Source of the DNA: a virus
Lineage: Duplodnaviria; Caudoviricetes
Reading direction: 5' to 3' (one strand)
Virus record (IMG/VR): IMGVR_UViG_3300005253_000563
Coordinates: 1 to 56,414 of that record
Length of the DNA: 56,414 nucleotides
In this document: piece after piece, positions 17,885 through 29,406 of the stretch
Layout: every line of letters starts with the position of its first letter
Numbering within the stretch: position 1 is the stretch's first letter
Program-made: the position numbers and the translations under genes
Notes under the pieces: generated by a model
Told to the model about the DNA's origin: nothing
The model's input: only the letters and a program-made list of their open reading frames with translations
Database searches by the model: none

Positions 17885-18156
17885 GTAGTGAGGAGAGGTA
17901 CGATTATGGATCGGCGTTCATGTGATACCTGCTTTAGATGGCGACAATTAGTAGCCACTAGGAGAAAATCGGTACGCTACGCATTACGATTAGTAGCCCA
18001 GCGCATCGAGATAGAAAAACGCCGGGAAGGATTGAATCCATGAACAACAGATGTCACGCATGCGGGCGGCAGACCGGCCGGACGAACCCGGCAGTACACA
18101 CAATCAAGCGTCTGGTGATAGCTTGCCAGACTTGTAGCAGCTAGGAGGATTGTAGG

Positions 18157-21051
18157 ATGGACGAACATGTACAGATTGGGGTCTACGAATTTCCAAGCGA
18201 GACCTCCAGATACTATTGCCCCGACCTAACCTGTGAGGCTACGGAATACGTCCACTACTGCTTCGCTGGGGTAGTAGAGAACGACGAAGAGCTTGGCGTC
18301 TTGGTGAACGTACAGGGTGAGCCTACGAATCGCTGGGAAGACGGAATAGTCGGCGTACCCGAAGAGGTGATAGGCTGGATTGAGATGGATGATTGCGCCC
18401 CCTACTGTCCCATACACCACGAGGAAACAGTATGGATTACCTTATGAAGCGTCTAGGCGAAGCACTAGGCTCCTGTGCCGTTCTAGGGGCCGCGTTCGGA
18501 ATAACGTTTGGACTGGGCGTACTGGTCCGACATGTGGCCTGAGAGGAACTAGATCATGACCAACACAAGATGCGATAGATGCAGTCAAGGCACGATGCCG
18601 TACGTTACGCGACAGGGCACAATAGCCATGGAAGGAGAGAAGAGGGAGAAAATATCCGTCTGTGTGTCCTGTGCTTCATTCCTACTGGACCACACAACCT
18701 GGCAGCTAGGAAAATAGTACCATTGACGACGATTGAGCAGCACAAGCGAATCTGAGGGAGGTGTAATATGAAACCCTTATGGCGTACAACAATTCACATC
18801 TGGACAGAAGATGATCCACAGAAGGCAGAACTAGAGACATTAGCATATGAGGCGACAGAGGGAAGCGCCTTCTGTAGCAAACAGGACTCTGAGTACATCC
18901 GCGATCCTATCGCTGCTGGGCTACAAACTGAGTTCTTTGACGGCCCAGACGACGAGGTGTAACATGCCAGAACACCAGAAACAACCAACGTGCCAGATTT
19001 GCGGCGGTCTGATCAAAGGCAAGCCCTACTACTGGGATGATAACTCTCTACTGCCTATGCATGCGAATATGACACGATGCCAAGGTAACGGCAACGTACT
19101 ATTTGTTGCCTTCATGAATCGGAACGTTGAGTACATTAACAGACGCGGGGAGCCCGTTCTGTTGGAGGTGTAACATGCCGATACTGAGAGACGTTACGGA
19201 TCAAGAGGTGCCCGCCGCATTCATAGAGGCGATCAGGCACCCAAGAAGCGGGCGCTGCCTCCTCTGCGGGTATCCCTTGGTAGGCGAGAGCTGCCTAGGT
19301 CGGTGCTTATCAGGAGATTGTGTCTGCTGCAAGACAGGGGGCAATAGTGTGCTCCCACACGAGGAACCTTCACAAGAAGGAAGACTAAACGATGATGCTT
19401 GAGTCCATCCGAATGGCGATACTCCTCAGGAGATGGCAAATCCATTGTCGTCAACAGGATCACCCAAACACAGCTACGTACCGCCTACACAACAACACGT
19501 GTATCATCGAGTGTACGCAAGAAGGACTCTACCTATGTGGATGGATGGCTGTGGCTCCTTCCTTCAGGCCTGCACCCGAATAGTAGAAAGGACTAGACGA
19601 TGAACACACGACACTGTTCGAACGATCCATGTGAGGCTGAGGCTGTAAAGGTAACGGTCACAGACGCACTCTTGTGTTGGACATGCGCTGAAGCATACCA
19701 GTGGGGACAGGCGTCGCCAGATAATCCCCTAAGAGAACTAGACAATGACAGTTGGAAGTCAGTCAAAAACAGTCCTTATCTCAAGGGCATGACGTTCTAG
19801 GTAATGAGAGACCTAGCATACGTGTACCGTGACCTGTGCGAGGCTCAGACTCAATTAGAGGAAGCCGTTTCTGACGCGGAGTTCCTAACGGCACAGGCAC
19901 GATTTGAGCAGGTCGAAGCTGAATGGTTAGAGCTTGGGAAGGCATTGGATTGGAAATGGGGAAAGACGAACAATGAGAGCAGAGATTGAACAGCAACGGA
20001 GGATACTACTCGCCCGCCTATGGACCGACGCCACGGGTATACCGGACACAGACAGGTCACCACTGACTCAATGCCTCTTTGATTTGTGCATAGAGTCTAG
20101 TGCGCCAGACTCCTCACCTCATGTGATGGCTCAAATGATAGACGTACTAGTTGAAGACTATCAAGAGTTTTCAAAACTGCTATGGGCAGAGGAGGGACAA
20201 GATGAGTGAGCACACAACCGTCCGAGCCGTCACCGCTGCGAAAGAGGCCTACTTTAAGGCCAGCCAGGACTGGGCTCACTCCTGGGGCATTCTGTCGCGA
20301 GCCCTCAGCAACGGGCATTCTGGCACTCACGAACGCAAGAATGCTGACGTTGCGGAACTGGCACGGAGGGCGGCGTTTACCTCCCTGGCAGCAGCGAACT
20401 GTGCTGCCAACACCGAACGCGACCGCCGTGCCGACTGCTACGAACCTCTGCTGGCCGCGCTGGAGGAGATCGCGGACGTATCACACAAAGCCGCCAACAG
20501 TGGCACAAAACAAGCAGGCAGTCGTGTCACCATTGGACAACTCAAGACCATATTACGAGAGATCAGAGGCATAGCACGAACCGCCAAGGGTCAAGAAGAT
20601 GGGTAAGATTTGGATTGATCCTTTCAAGCAGTACAAGTCCATAGGCAACGTACAGGTACGTCTTGGCAACACCGCAAAGAGTGAAGTATTGCACAATCAC
20701 GACGGAACTCCTAACATTAGGTATGCGGGCTACAGTGAGAAGCTACCAGATCATCACCTGTGGCGCTGTGACGGCCATAGCGAGCCCCCAAGGAACAAAG
20801 CAGTGTCTCTGGTACCCTTTGGCAGGCATCGCTTCTCAACAGAGTCTAAGGCAGGACGTGGGGGCTGCTCGATGCGTGAGTGTCTCGGTGACGCTGTACA
20901 GATGAACGAGGATGGAACACTGGCTTACTGTGAGACCTGCGCATCACGGAGCCTAGGCGTGGTACCCTGTCCTTGGACCATGGTAATGCCTTGCCGTGAA
21001 CCCTGCTCAGTGTGTGCTGGGCCTGAAGAGGAGGAAGATCATGTCTTATGA
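18157..21051 (+). other. Array of ~12 small early hypothetical genes, many acidic or Cys-rich
   Basis: Contiguous + strand ORFs with RBS and stop/start overlaps. Confidence 0.6.
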
Positions 21052-21245
21052 GGTACTGATGAACTTCTTTGCATACTGGATACACATGTGGGAGCTGGAG
21101 TGGATAGGCGGAGCCGAGTTGCTGCGTATCCTTGGTCTTTTGGGGTGATTGACATAGGCGTCCACGAGGTAACCATTGCTATCATGGCGCTTGGCTGTCA
21201 GGTTGTAGCAGTGGGAATTCTATTCTACCTAGGGAGGTACAGAAG

Positions 21246-21509
21246 ATGACTGAAGAAACTACCGTAGAAGCGATACCGGACTGCGTACTAGATGTCTTGG
21301 AAGAAGTGCGAGCTAGCGGCGAAACAAATATGTTAGCCTTTAATACCGTACTCTCCATCATCAGCCGAGACAAGATCAGTTTCGAGGTCAGGCAAGGCAG
21401 TGTTGCAGTACCTAGCAATAGCCATAGCCGTGCGTTCATGTGGCTAGCAGGCAATGAAGGCCGCTACATGGAAGCCCTGATCGCGATGGGGGAACGACGC
21501 AGCGAGTGA
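21246..21509 (+). CDS. DUF5049-like protein
   Basis: LEEVRASGETNM motif, recalled. Confidence 0.55.
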   Translation: MTEETTVEAIPDCVLDVLEEVRASGETNMLAFNTVLSIISRDKISFEVRQGSVAVPSNSHSRAFMWLAGNEGRYMEALIAMGERRSE

Positions 21510-21833
21510 TCATCGAAGAGCTGAGTGACGACGCGCTAGTCGAGCCTCCTGCCTTACCAGCAGACAAACTCACACTCAGAGAACACTACAAGAAAGTGCA
21601 GATTATTGTCGCTTGTAATAACTATGAGGACATGAAGTGGCGTTGTACTTGGTGCCTCACTCTTGACAGACATGTACCAGTAGCCTACAGCAGAGGAGGG
21701 GGACGATTCTGCTCAGAGGAGTGCAGGGACGGGTTCGCGGCACATCAAGCCACCCTATCGCACGAGGTAACAGGCAAAGAGATCATAGAGGACGAGGAGT
21801 AACACCCTACGCTCTGTTGCGTTAAGGTATGCA

Positions 21834-22241
21834 ATGGCTAAGAAGAAGACAGACGCCCAGCGGGTAGCTAAGATCAAGAAGGCTATCTACCCACTGCTGA
21901 AGTTCTTTGGGGTCAGTACGCAATACCGTGTAGTAGTCTCCTTCACAAACCGAATAGGAGAATATCACAGTGGTGCAGTGGCGCAGGTGGTTGCTAACTT
22001 TCCCTACCGAAACATCGCAATTGAATATCTACGCAGCTTCGTAGATGGGGCTGATGCAGAGAGTTTGGAAGAAGTCACGATCCACGAGTTGCTGCATGCC
22101 TTGGTCTTCACCCCTTATCGTGGTATGCTGGGGCTAGACAAGGTTCCCCTCCAAGTGAGCCACACCGAAGAGAGTATTGTGGATATGCTCACCGTCTGGC
22201 TCATGCGCCTACGCCCAAAGAAAGGGTTTATTCTTAGATAG
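21834..22241 (+). CDS. Zincin-like metallopeptidase
   Basis: IHELLH...EE motif. Confidence 0.65.
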   Translation: MAKKKTDAQRVAKIKKAIYPLLKFFGVSTQYRVVVSFTNRIGEYHSGAVAQVVANFPYRNIAIEYLRSFVDGADAESLEEVTIHELLHALVFTPYRGMLGLDKVPLQVSHTEESIVDMLTVWLMRLRPKKGFILR

Positions 22242-22253
22242 GAGAGAAACATC

Positions 22254-22640
22254 ATGACCAAGATTGTTTGGAAGGTTGTTCGGAGAATTGGGGGTAAGAG
22301 GTTCTCTGCTGTAATCAACCAGGAATGGGGAGGGGTGCGGTATAGTTCACCAGGGGAAATTACCTCGGCTCCAGAAAGCACTAAGTTACTGGCTTTTAAA
22401 ACTAAGGAAACAGCAGTCCGTTTCGGTACGAGTCTGGGTGATGGTTTCGGTTGCAAATATGAAGTATGGAAGGCGAAAGCTAAGAACGTGACGAATACGA
22501 GAACCCTTTCTACGTCTGGGGACGGATATCCTGGGTTTGTTGCGTTTTGGAAGGGTAAGAGGAATGGAGTTTGGCGGGGAGAAGCACCAGATGGCACAGT
22601 CTCCTGCTCTGAGCTGACCCTTATCAAAAAGGTGAACTAG
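22254..22640 (+). CDS. Hypothetical protein, paralog of 28682..29056
   Basis: Shared TKIVWKVVRR, TKLLAF, YEVW, FVAFW, TVSCSELTL. Confidence 0.75.
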   Translation: MTKIVWKVVRRIGGKRFSAVINQEWGGVRYSSPGEITSAPESTKLLAFKTKETAVRFGTSLGDGFGCKYEVWKAKAKNVTNTRTLSTSGDGYPGFVAFWKGKRNGVWRGEAPDGTVSCSELTLIKKVN

Positions 22641-22810
22641 TGTCCCCAATAGCATACAAACTCATCACCTACCTACAGGGACTAGACCACGGTAGAAACG
22701 TGGTCATGGAAGAACTGGTACTTACCCTCGGCACGTCCAAGACAGGGATTAGGGCTGCTCTGACAGAACTAGAAGCTGAGAAATACTTGACAGTAGATCA
22801 GGAGGTGTAA
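22640..22810 (+). CDS. 56 aa winged-HTH protein (not in ORF track)
   Basis: MSPIAYKLITYL...EELVLTLGTSKTGIRAALTELEAEKYL; coupled to both neighbours. Confidence 0.6.
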   Translation: MSPIAYKLITYLQGLDHGRNVVMEELVLTLGTSKTGIRAALTELEAEKYLTVDQEV

Positions 22811-22811
22811 T

Positions 22812-23255
22812 ATGGAATATATACACGACGATGAGGCGCAATTCGCAATAGACAACGCACCCCCTATCCCCGAAGGACAGAGGTGTGAGAGTGACAATCA
22901 CATGGAGATGTGCTTTGATTCCTACTTAGTCTACCACGCCTGTCAATGCGAGGAATGTGGTAAGGTCTTTAGTGCGGAGGAAGAGGACGATCTACTAGAG
23001 CAGGGGGACACCTGCCCTAACTGCGAAGGCGAGCATACTCTCAATGATGATGGCTTATTCTGGACCGAAGAAGAGCCTCTTGCTGAAGTACCTATTTTCC
23101 AGATAGACAAAGAGAAAGGTCAGGTCTGTGTGACCTTCTTCTGCGAATTCTGTGGCGCAGAAACCGAGGGACTAAGAGATTACATATCAGAAGAAGGTGG
23201 TTGGCCTACTCAAGACGGAGAGCTGATCAGACCAAACAGGTGTTCGGAGTTGTAG
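22812..23255 (+). CDS. Acidic zinc-ribbon protein
   Basis: CEEC, CPNC, CEFC; GGAGGT RBS. Confidence 0.7.
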   Translation: MEYIHDDEAQFAIDNAPPIPEGQRCESDNHMEMCFDSYLVYHACQCEECGKVFSAEEEDDLLEQGDTCPNCEGEHTLNDDGLFWTEEEPLAEVPIFQIDKEKGQVCVTFFCEFCGAETEGLRDYISEEGGWPTQDGELIRPNRCSEL

Positions 23256-23615
23256 TCATGACACGGAGTGTATGTGCGTCACTTCTATTATGCGACAGCA
23301 AGGTGACTCTGCTCTGTTATGGGTGTAACAAGACCTTCTGCAAGGAGCACTCATCCATACGCCTGTGGCTGTCCTATCGGGTAAGTGGGGGCTGGAACGA
23401 GCGCAAGCACCGTATCTGTGACGATTGTTGGATTGGAAAGTACCCAGGAGAACTACAATAGATGACAGACGAACGCCGCCTGGGACCATTCCGCTGGCGT
23501 GGCTCCCTGAATTGGAAGGACGTAACTGAGCGCATCATAGCGGGCGCAGTAGTGGGTGTGACTGCTGGTGTAACCATGTGGCTATTGGAACGTTTACCTG
23601 TATAAGGAGGAATCT

Positions 23616-23939
23616 ATGATCACAACACTAACCATCATAGGGATCGTCATCATTGCAACCGTAGCTTGGGGGGCATGTGGCAGACTTGCGTACCTCGGCA
23701 TATACACGGCCTGCCAGAAAGAGTTTCCGCTCATAGCGGAGGAGAATCAGAACAAGGGGGCCAAACAGGACTTTCTCCTCTCCCTCTTTGGCCCCTTCGC
23801 CCTTCTGGTAGGATTCGGGGTCTATTGCCACTACAAACATGGCTTTACGAGGCTCTCTATCGAAGAGGTACGGCGGTTCAAGAGAGAAAAGTATCCGCAG
23901 TGGACCGAGCTATTTGATGAAGATGAAGAGGAGGCTTAA
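23616..23939 (+). CDS. Membrane protein
   Basis: Two hydrophobic segments, AAGGAGG RBS. Confidence 0.7.
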   Translation: MITTLTIIGIVIIATVAWGACGRLAYLGIYTACQKEFPLIAEENQNKGAKQDFLLSLFGPFALLVGFGVYCHYKHGFTRLSIEEVRRFKREKYPQWTELFDEDEEEA

Positions 23940-23941
23940 TC

Positions 23942-25351
23942 CTGAACCATAACTCGATCACGTTCAACAACGTTGTCGCTCAGTTTGACGGCCCCAACAT
24001 CTTCCAAGCCAAGGAAGTGCTGCGCTATAGGCAGAAGGGGTACATCTTCACGCAGGCCCATAAGAGGGGCGGTTGGGACGGCTGGCGGTCAGTGATGACA
24101 GCAAAAGGCAACTTCTCTGCTGGGTTGATTCCTTGGTTGGTAGAACGATTGGCCAAGGAGGGCATCAGCGTGGAACTGAGGGACCAACGTCCTGAGCCTC
24201 TGCCTGTGGACAACAAGTTAGCTTTTTTACACAACAACGTGAAATTGCGCACATATCAGCACACGGCTATTGAGGCTGCGACTGCATATGGAGGAGGCAC
24301 TATCTGGTTGCCTACTGGGTCTGGAAAAACAGAGGTAATGATAGAAATCGCTAGGCGTATCGGTTGTCCTGGCTTGATACTCGTGCACAGGAAAGACCTT
24401 TTGCACCAGACGGTAGCCCGTTTTGCCGAGAATCTAGGCAATCAGGAGATCGTAGGAATCATTGGTGATGGTCACTGGAAGCCCAGCGTCCTCACTGTGG
24501 CCACCTTTCAGACTCTCTACAATAGACTCAAAGAGCGGGATACCCGTGTTCGGACTTGGTTACGCGAGAGAATAGGGCAAGTACATGTTGATGAGTGTCA
24601 GCACTTGCCCAGTAGAACATATGATAAAGTGATGTCTCAGCTCCGGTCTGCTCGTTGGAGATTCGGATACTCAGCCACACCAGACAAGGGAGGGGACTTG
24701 GAGACGTTCTTCCGTGTGACCGCCCATCTTGGCCCTACTGTGTGTCAGATAGCGGCTGAGGAGTTAGCGGATGAAGGGTATCTTGTGCCTGTTGATGTCT
24801 TCATAATACGAGTACCTCCCCCGCTTGACAAGTATAAGGACTGGCAGAAAGCCGTCAAATACGGTATTGTGGAGAACGCGGGGCGCAATCACATGATAGT
24901 AGAGTTAGCCAAACACCTAGACCAGACGGGGAGTGGTCCTGTCGTTATCTTAGTGGAGCGTATAGCCCATGGGGAGTCTCTCGCCAAGGCTCTCGGTACT
25001 CAATTCCTGGCCGGTGATGCTCCCACCAGCCAACGTCAGGCAGCATGGGCAGGTCTAAAGGACGGGAGCTTGAACGTAGTTGTGGTCTCGAAGATTGGGG
25101 AGGAGGGGTTGGACATACCGCCTCTTGCCTACCTGATCATAACTGGTGGCGGAAAAGCCCCACATCTCACGATCCAGAAGGTTGGACGTGGTATGAGAAC
25201 ATCAGAGGGAAAGGATAGGCTTTTCGTGTTTGATTTTCTAGATCAGGGTCGCTACTTGAGTGCACACGCCAAGCGACGCCTGAAAACTTATAAGGAACAG
25301 CCCGCGTATTCTTGCAGCACTGTAGATTTCATGGAGGTAGTACCACAATGA
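23942..25351 (+). CDS. SF2 DNA helicase (UvsW/XPB-like)
   Basis: LRTYQ, PTGSGKT, DECQH, SAT, EGLDIP, QKVGRGMR; frame open back to CTG 23942 after GAGGAGG (track start 24017). Confidence 0.9.
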   Translation: MNHNSITFNNVVAQFDGPNIFQAKEVLRYRQKGYIFTQAHKRGGWDGWRSVMTAKGNFSAGLIPWLVERLAKEGISVELRDQRPEPLPVDNKLAFLHNNVKLRTYQHTAIEAATAYGGGTIWLPTGSGKTEVMIEIARRIGCPGLILVHRKDLLHQTVARFAENLGNQEIVGIIGDGHWKPSVLTVATFQTLYNRLKERDTRVRTWLRERIGQVHVDECQHLPSRTYDKVMSQLRSARWRFGYSATPDKGGDLETFFRVTAHLGPTVCQIAAEELADEGYLVPVDVFIIRVPPPLDKYKDWQKAVKYGIVENAGRNHMIVELAKHLDQTGSGPVVILVERIAHGESLAKALGTQFLAGDAPTSQRQAAWAGLKDGSLNVVVVSKIGEEGLDIPPLAYLIITGGGKAPHLTIQKVGRGMRTSEGKDRLFVFDFLDQGRYLSAHAKRRLKTYKEQPAYSCSTVDFMEVVPQ

Positions 25352-25584
25352 ACATTCAAGAAGAAGTCTTCGATATGATATCAGCAGAACGAGAGCACCA
25401 AGATAATAAGTGGGGATCACAACGTGCCCTGTATCCTAACGAATGGTACCTCATCTTAGGTGAGGAGATAGGAGAGGTAGCAAACGCCATACTTGAGAGC
25501 AAGACAGACGCAGAGATTGAAGAAGAGCTTGTGCAGGTAGCGGCTGTTGCTGTCTGTTGGTTAGAGGCCCTAAGACATGACTGA
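25348..25584 (+). CDS. MazG-like nucleotide pyrophosphohydrolase
   Basis: ERE.QD.KWG, EEIGEVA, EELVQVAAVA. Confidence 0.8.
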   Translation: MNIQEEVFDMISAEREHQDNKWGSQRALYPNEWYLILGEEIGEVANAILESKTDAEIEEELVQVAAVAVCWLEALRHD

Positions 25585-25945
25585 CCTACTAACCACATCC
25601 CTTGTAGCCACCTTCGCTCTGGGCCTAGCCACTTGGCACCTTGCCCGTGTCATCAGTGACGGCGCGCTGTTTGAGCCCCTGCGTCAGCGGGTTAGGTTGA
25701 ACTGGTACGGATCAAGATTGAACGCCCTACATGTAAGCCTCAATAACTGTCGTCTCTGCCTCAACACACAGGTGGCTATCCTCCTAACGTGGGGGGCACT
25801 GGTAACAGGGCTCGTCGTTGAATGGTACGAGCCTAGCAGCTACCCGCTGGCTGTTTGGGCCTTCGCCTTCGTAGTGGGACCGTTCCTTACTGCTGGCTGG
25901 GCAGAGATAATCCGTAGAGTAGAATGTTGCGAGGTGAAAGGGTGA
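25577..25945 (+). CDS. DUF1360-like membrane protein
   Basis: ATW.LAR.I..GALFEPLR, CxxC, TM segments. Confidence 0.6.
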   Translation: MTDLLTTSLVATFALGLATWHLARVISDGALFEPLRQRVRLNWYGSRLNALHVSLNNCRLCLNTQVAILLTWGALVTGLVVEWYEPSSYPLAVWAFAFVVGPFLTAGWAEIIRRVECCEVKG

Positions 25946-26616
25946 AACACATCGATATCGTAAGCCAACACCTGAGCTTAGAGATAGGCTTCACTGGCGA
26001 CCTTCACCCCGCAGGGCTCACTGAGGCTATCATAGAGGCACTAGAGAAGGGGGGGGTGCTAGAAGCAGCGGGTATTGTCTACCTCAAAGCTGAGGCTCCT
26101 GGGCACAAGCTAGTAGCTATCAACCTCTGGGCACCCGATCCAGTTGAAGAGATAGAACCACCCACGATACCAGAGGAAGAAGAGAAAGGACTAACCCCTA
26201 ATGTGTGAACCAATTACGGCGGAGGACACAGCCCGAGAAGCCCGCCGCGCTGTCATGCACCTAAGAGCACAGCATGGCATGTGGAATCTGGATGAGGTGG
26301 TGGACTGGTTGTTCAACGCGCAGGAAGACAAAGCCCGCCTGGAGCAGGAGCTAACGCCTTGGAAGCAGGAGTTTCCTAACTGGGACACGCTAGAGGTTGC
26401 GAAGCGCATCCAAGACCTAGAGGCCGAGGTGCGAATGGCCTGCCAAGATCGCGATGACCGTGAGACCAAGCCGGGCGAGGCCAGGGAGGCGCTGCAACCT
26501 TTCATCGAGCACGCCGAGAAGCGCCCTATGGAGTCTCATTGGACTACCTGGGCTAGCTTCGATGATTTCGCCAAGGCCCGCGCCGCCTGTCGAAGCGAGC
26601 CTGAAAGCGAAAAAGG

Positions 26617-26844
26617 TGAGTAACCTACCTATAAGTTTATTCAGGTATACAACAATAAACTTATAGGTAGGTTACTCTTCATTAGTACTGCAATAACATA
26701 AGAGAATAATAGTAAATACAGATACAGAAAAGCCGAAAAGGGTGAGTAGCCTACCCAGGGTTTTCACCCACAAAAAGAAAAGGGTGAGTAGCCTACTGCC
26801 GGTGGTTCGTTTATACAACAATAAACTTATAGGTAGGTTACTCA
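26617..26844. repeat. Nested inverted and direct repeats, candidate replication origin
   Basis: 24-bp IR 26618-26641/26654-26677, 32-bp DR 26646-26677/26812-26843, 20-bp DR 26735-26754/26777-26796, AT-rich core. Confidence 0.85.
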
Positions 26845-26871
26845 GGGTTAAAGTGAGAAAGGAAAACACCC

Positions 26872-27704
26872 ATGTCTAAGACAATCACCATCCAAGAAGC
26901 AAGAGAAACTCTAGTTGCCGTCATTAGGCGCAGTCCTGATAGTGTAAACATCGACTATGAGCGATTTCTGAAAGCACAGAAGTCCCTCCAAGCAGGAAAC
27001 GGTGCTTACTTAGAATTTGAATCCTCTCTTTGGGGAGGTTCCGCCACTGTTATTCTGTACGAGAGTTTCTCTAAGCCCACCTTCTCCGTTGAAGTCAGTT
27101 GGTTTGCTATGCGCCATACAGTAGCAGCAACTCACGTAGCTATAGAGACCTATCAACAGGCTCTCAGATTAGCTGCGCTCTTAGAAGCCACCATTCAAGG
27201 CTTCCCTGAGATAGTAGAGGAGGAGTCATGAGCGCTATAACAGACGCGTGCCGACGGGTGAGGGAACTTAGTGAGCAGGACGCGATCTCTCGCAGCGATG
27301 TAGTCTATGCTGAGGGGGGTCGCGCCAAGGTTTATCATGCTCTCGCTGAAGGGAAGGACTGGTGTGCCGCTTGCACTGGCGAGAGGGCAAAGACAATGGC
27401 CCACATACGGCGTGCAGTGATCAAGCTCAAGTTGCGGCCTTGTCGGAAGTGTTACCCGTCCTTCGGCGGTGAGAGCCCACCTTCGCTCTTTGAGGCTAGG
27501 CGCTGGCTCGAAGATGCCGCCCCGGTGCTGCGTGACCTCGCCTGCAAGGCGCTGCTGATGCTGGAGGAACTAGGCTGGAACGGTGCGCCAGTGGCGGGCC
27601 AAGCCCGGTGCGACTTCTGCGGCAACGGGCAACGAGAAGGCCACGATCAGGACTGTGAACTAGGCCGCTTCCTCCGCCGTGCAGCCAAGGAACTAGGAGC
27701 ATGA
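26872..27704 (+). other. Two hypothetical genes (26872-27231; 27228-27704, Cys-rich)
   Basis: RBS and ATGA overlap. Confidence 0.6.
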
Positions 27705-27707
27705 CTC

Positions 27708-28139
27708 ATGGATACAACCATTGTCAAGAGATACTGCTCCAATGGGCACAAGTTTCAGGTTAAGCCCACCTTCATACCCTGCTGCCTTCAGGCATCTAAG
27801 CACATTAAGAGGAGAAGGCGCTACAGACAGCCCTCTAATGGCCGTTCAGCACAGAAACGGCGTCAGAGAGCACATGCCTTCCTTAAACTCCGTGACAGGG
27901 GCCTCTGTCGTTACTGTGGGGAGCCTGGGGTGGAGGTAGACCATGTAATGCCCCGCTGTAGTAATGGTTCAGAGAGTGCGTTTGGAAATATGGTTTGGTG
28001 TTGCAGGCGGTGTAATGGTGTGAAGGGAGCTAAGGAAGGGTTCAACATGAAGAATAGCAGGCTCTACTACGAAGGGCAGCTTATTGCTCCTAGTCATTTG
28101 TTTGGGGCAGAGTTGTTGCAGAGGTTGCAAACCGGCTAA
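27708..28139 (+). CDS. HNH endonuclease
   Basis: RDRGLCRYCG, VDHVMPR, N.VWCCRRCN..KG. Confidence 0.9.
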   Translation: MDTTIVKRYCSNGHKFQVKPTFIPCCLQASKHIKRRRRYRQPSNGRSAQKRRQRAHAFLKLRDRGLCRYCGEPGVEVDHVMPRCSNGSESAFGNMVWCCRRCNGVKGAKEGFNMKNSRLYYEGQLIAPSHLFGAELLQRLQTG

Positions 28140-28681
28140 CGGTACGGTAGAATTCAAGAGGAGGTATCTCATGAAATTATTTAATTGTGACGAGAAGAAG
28201 ACTAAGGGAGGCGTCTGTACTCGATGTCATGGTGTGTTCATAGTAGAAGGATTGGTTCCCTACCAGATCATAACACTAAGTTCGGCGCATCCTGAGGAGT
28301 CAGCGTTCATAGATATTCTATACTACTGTCGAACGTGTCGAGATATGCTGCCTGGCTCATACCGAATTCAATTTACATTAGGAGCACTACCTCCCGGGGC
28401 ATCCTTAGTTGAGTCGCGCTTCTTTGAGGAGAGGGTTGAGGTCCAATTTAACGAAGACGGTCGTCACCCTTATCGAGTAAACCAGTTTCAAGAAGTAGAC
28501 TATCAAGGAAATCCTCTATTCCCTGTCACACAGGAGCAGAAGGACTTTCTCACTAAGAAGGCAGCAGAGAAAAGTAAGTAGAGGAGGTGTAGTATGGCTG
28601 GTAATTTCATTCTAGCAGTAGCTATTTACATTTGCGGGCTTCGCATTCTTCGTAAGATTTCACTAGAGGAGGTGCATCACA

Positions 28682-29056
28682 ATGGCAAAGACTAAGATTG
28701 TCTGGAAAGTCGTTCGGAGACGGGGAGGTAAGAGAATTTCCGCTATCGTTTCTCGGGGACAGGGAGGTATTGAGTACAGTGAGCCTGGTACCCCTACTAT
28801 AGCCCCCATAGACACCAAACTGTTAGCCTTTGCTAGACGTAAAGACGCATTACAGTTCCGTGTTACAAGGCCTTACGAAGTATGGAGGGCAGAGGCCAAA
28901 GACACCAAATTTGTACAATACTTGTATAATCCATTTCGTCCTAGTAGGTTTGTTGCTTTTTGGCAGAATACACTTTCTCCTGTTCAGTTTCTAACGCCTG
29001 CCCCTTCCAGCACTGTCTCTTGTTCAGAGCTGACTCTACTTGAGAAGGTGGGATGA
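28682..29056 (+). CDS. Hypothetical protein, paralog of 22254..22640
   Basis: See paralog; GAGGAGG RBS. Confidence 0.75.
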   Translation: MAKTKIVWKVVRRRGGKRISAIVSRGQGGIEYSEPGTPTIAPIDTKLLAFARRKDALQFRVTRPYEVWRAEAKDTKFVQYLYNPFRPSRFVAFWQNTLSPVQFLTPAPSSTVSCSELTLLEKVG

Positions 29057-29406
29057 AGAGCATCACTATCTCTGATGGTGGTAATAGGTTCACCCTCCTC
29101 ATTCGGGAGGATGTTGACCTACCTCCCCTGCCGATACAAGAGCAGCCAGCTCACATACGCTTCCTGAACTGGTGGAAGGATGAGTGTAGGAAGCGGGGTA
29201 TTGAGTACGTTTACAGAGTGGCAGAGCCTCAAGGCCATAAGATCATTCAGTCCCTACTTAAGAAGCACTCCATAGAGGAGCTTCAGGAGTTGGCAAACCA
29301 CTTCTTTTTAGATCATGGCGACAAACTGCGGGAGTTTCCGCATCACTTCGCTATGTTTGCTGCCCTGATAACACGTATGAAACAGGAGTTGAAGAGAGAT
29401 GGATAA
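29053..29406 (+). CDS. Hypothetical protein
   Basis: 117 aa, ATGA overlap. Confidence 0.65.
   Translation: MKSITISDGGNRFTLLIREDVDLPPLPIQEQPAHIRFLNWWKDECRKRGIEYVYRVAEPQGHKIIQSLLKKHSIEELQELANHFFLDHGDKLREFPHHFAMFAALITRMKQELKRDG

Noticed and set aside
26617-26844. CRISPR array or IS ends
   Set aside because: Repeats are in mixed orientation with irregular spacing; no cas or transposase gene
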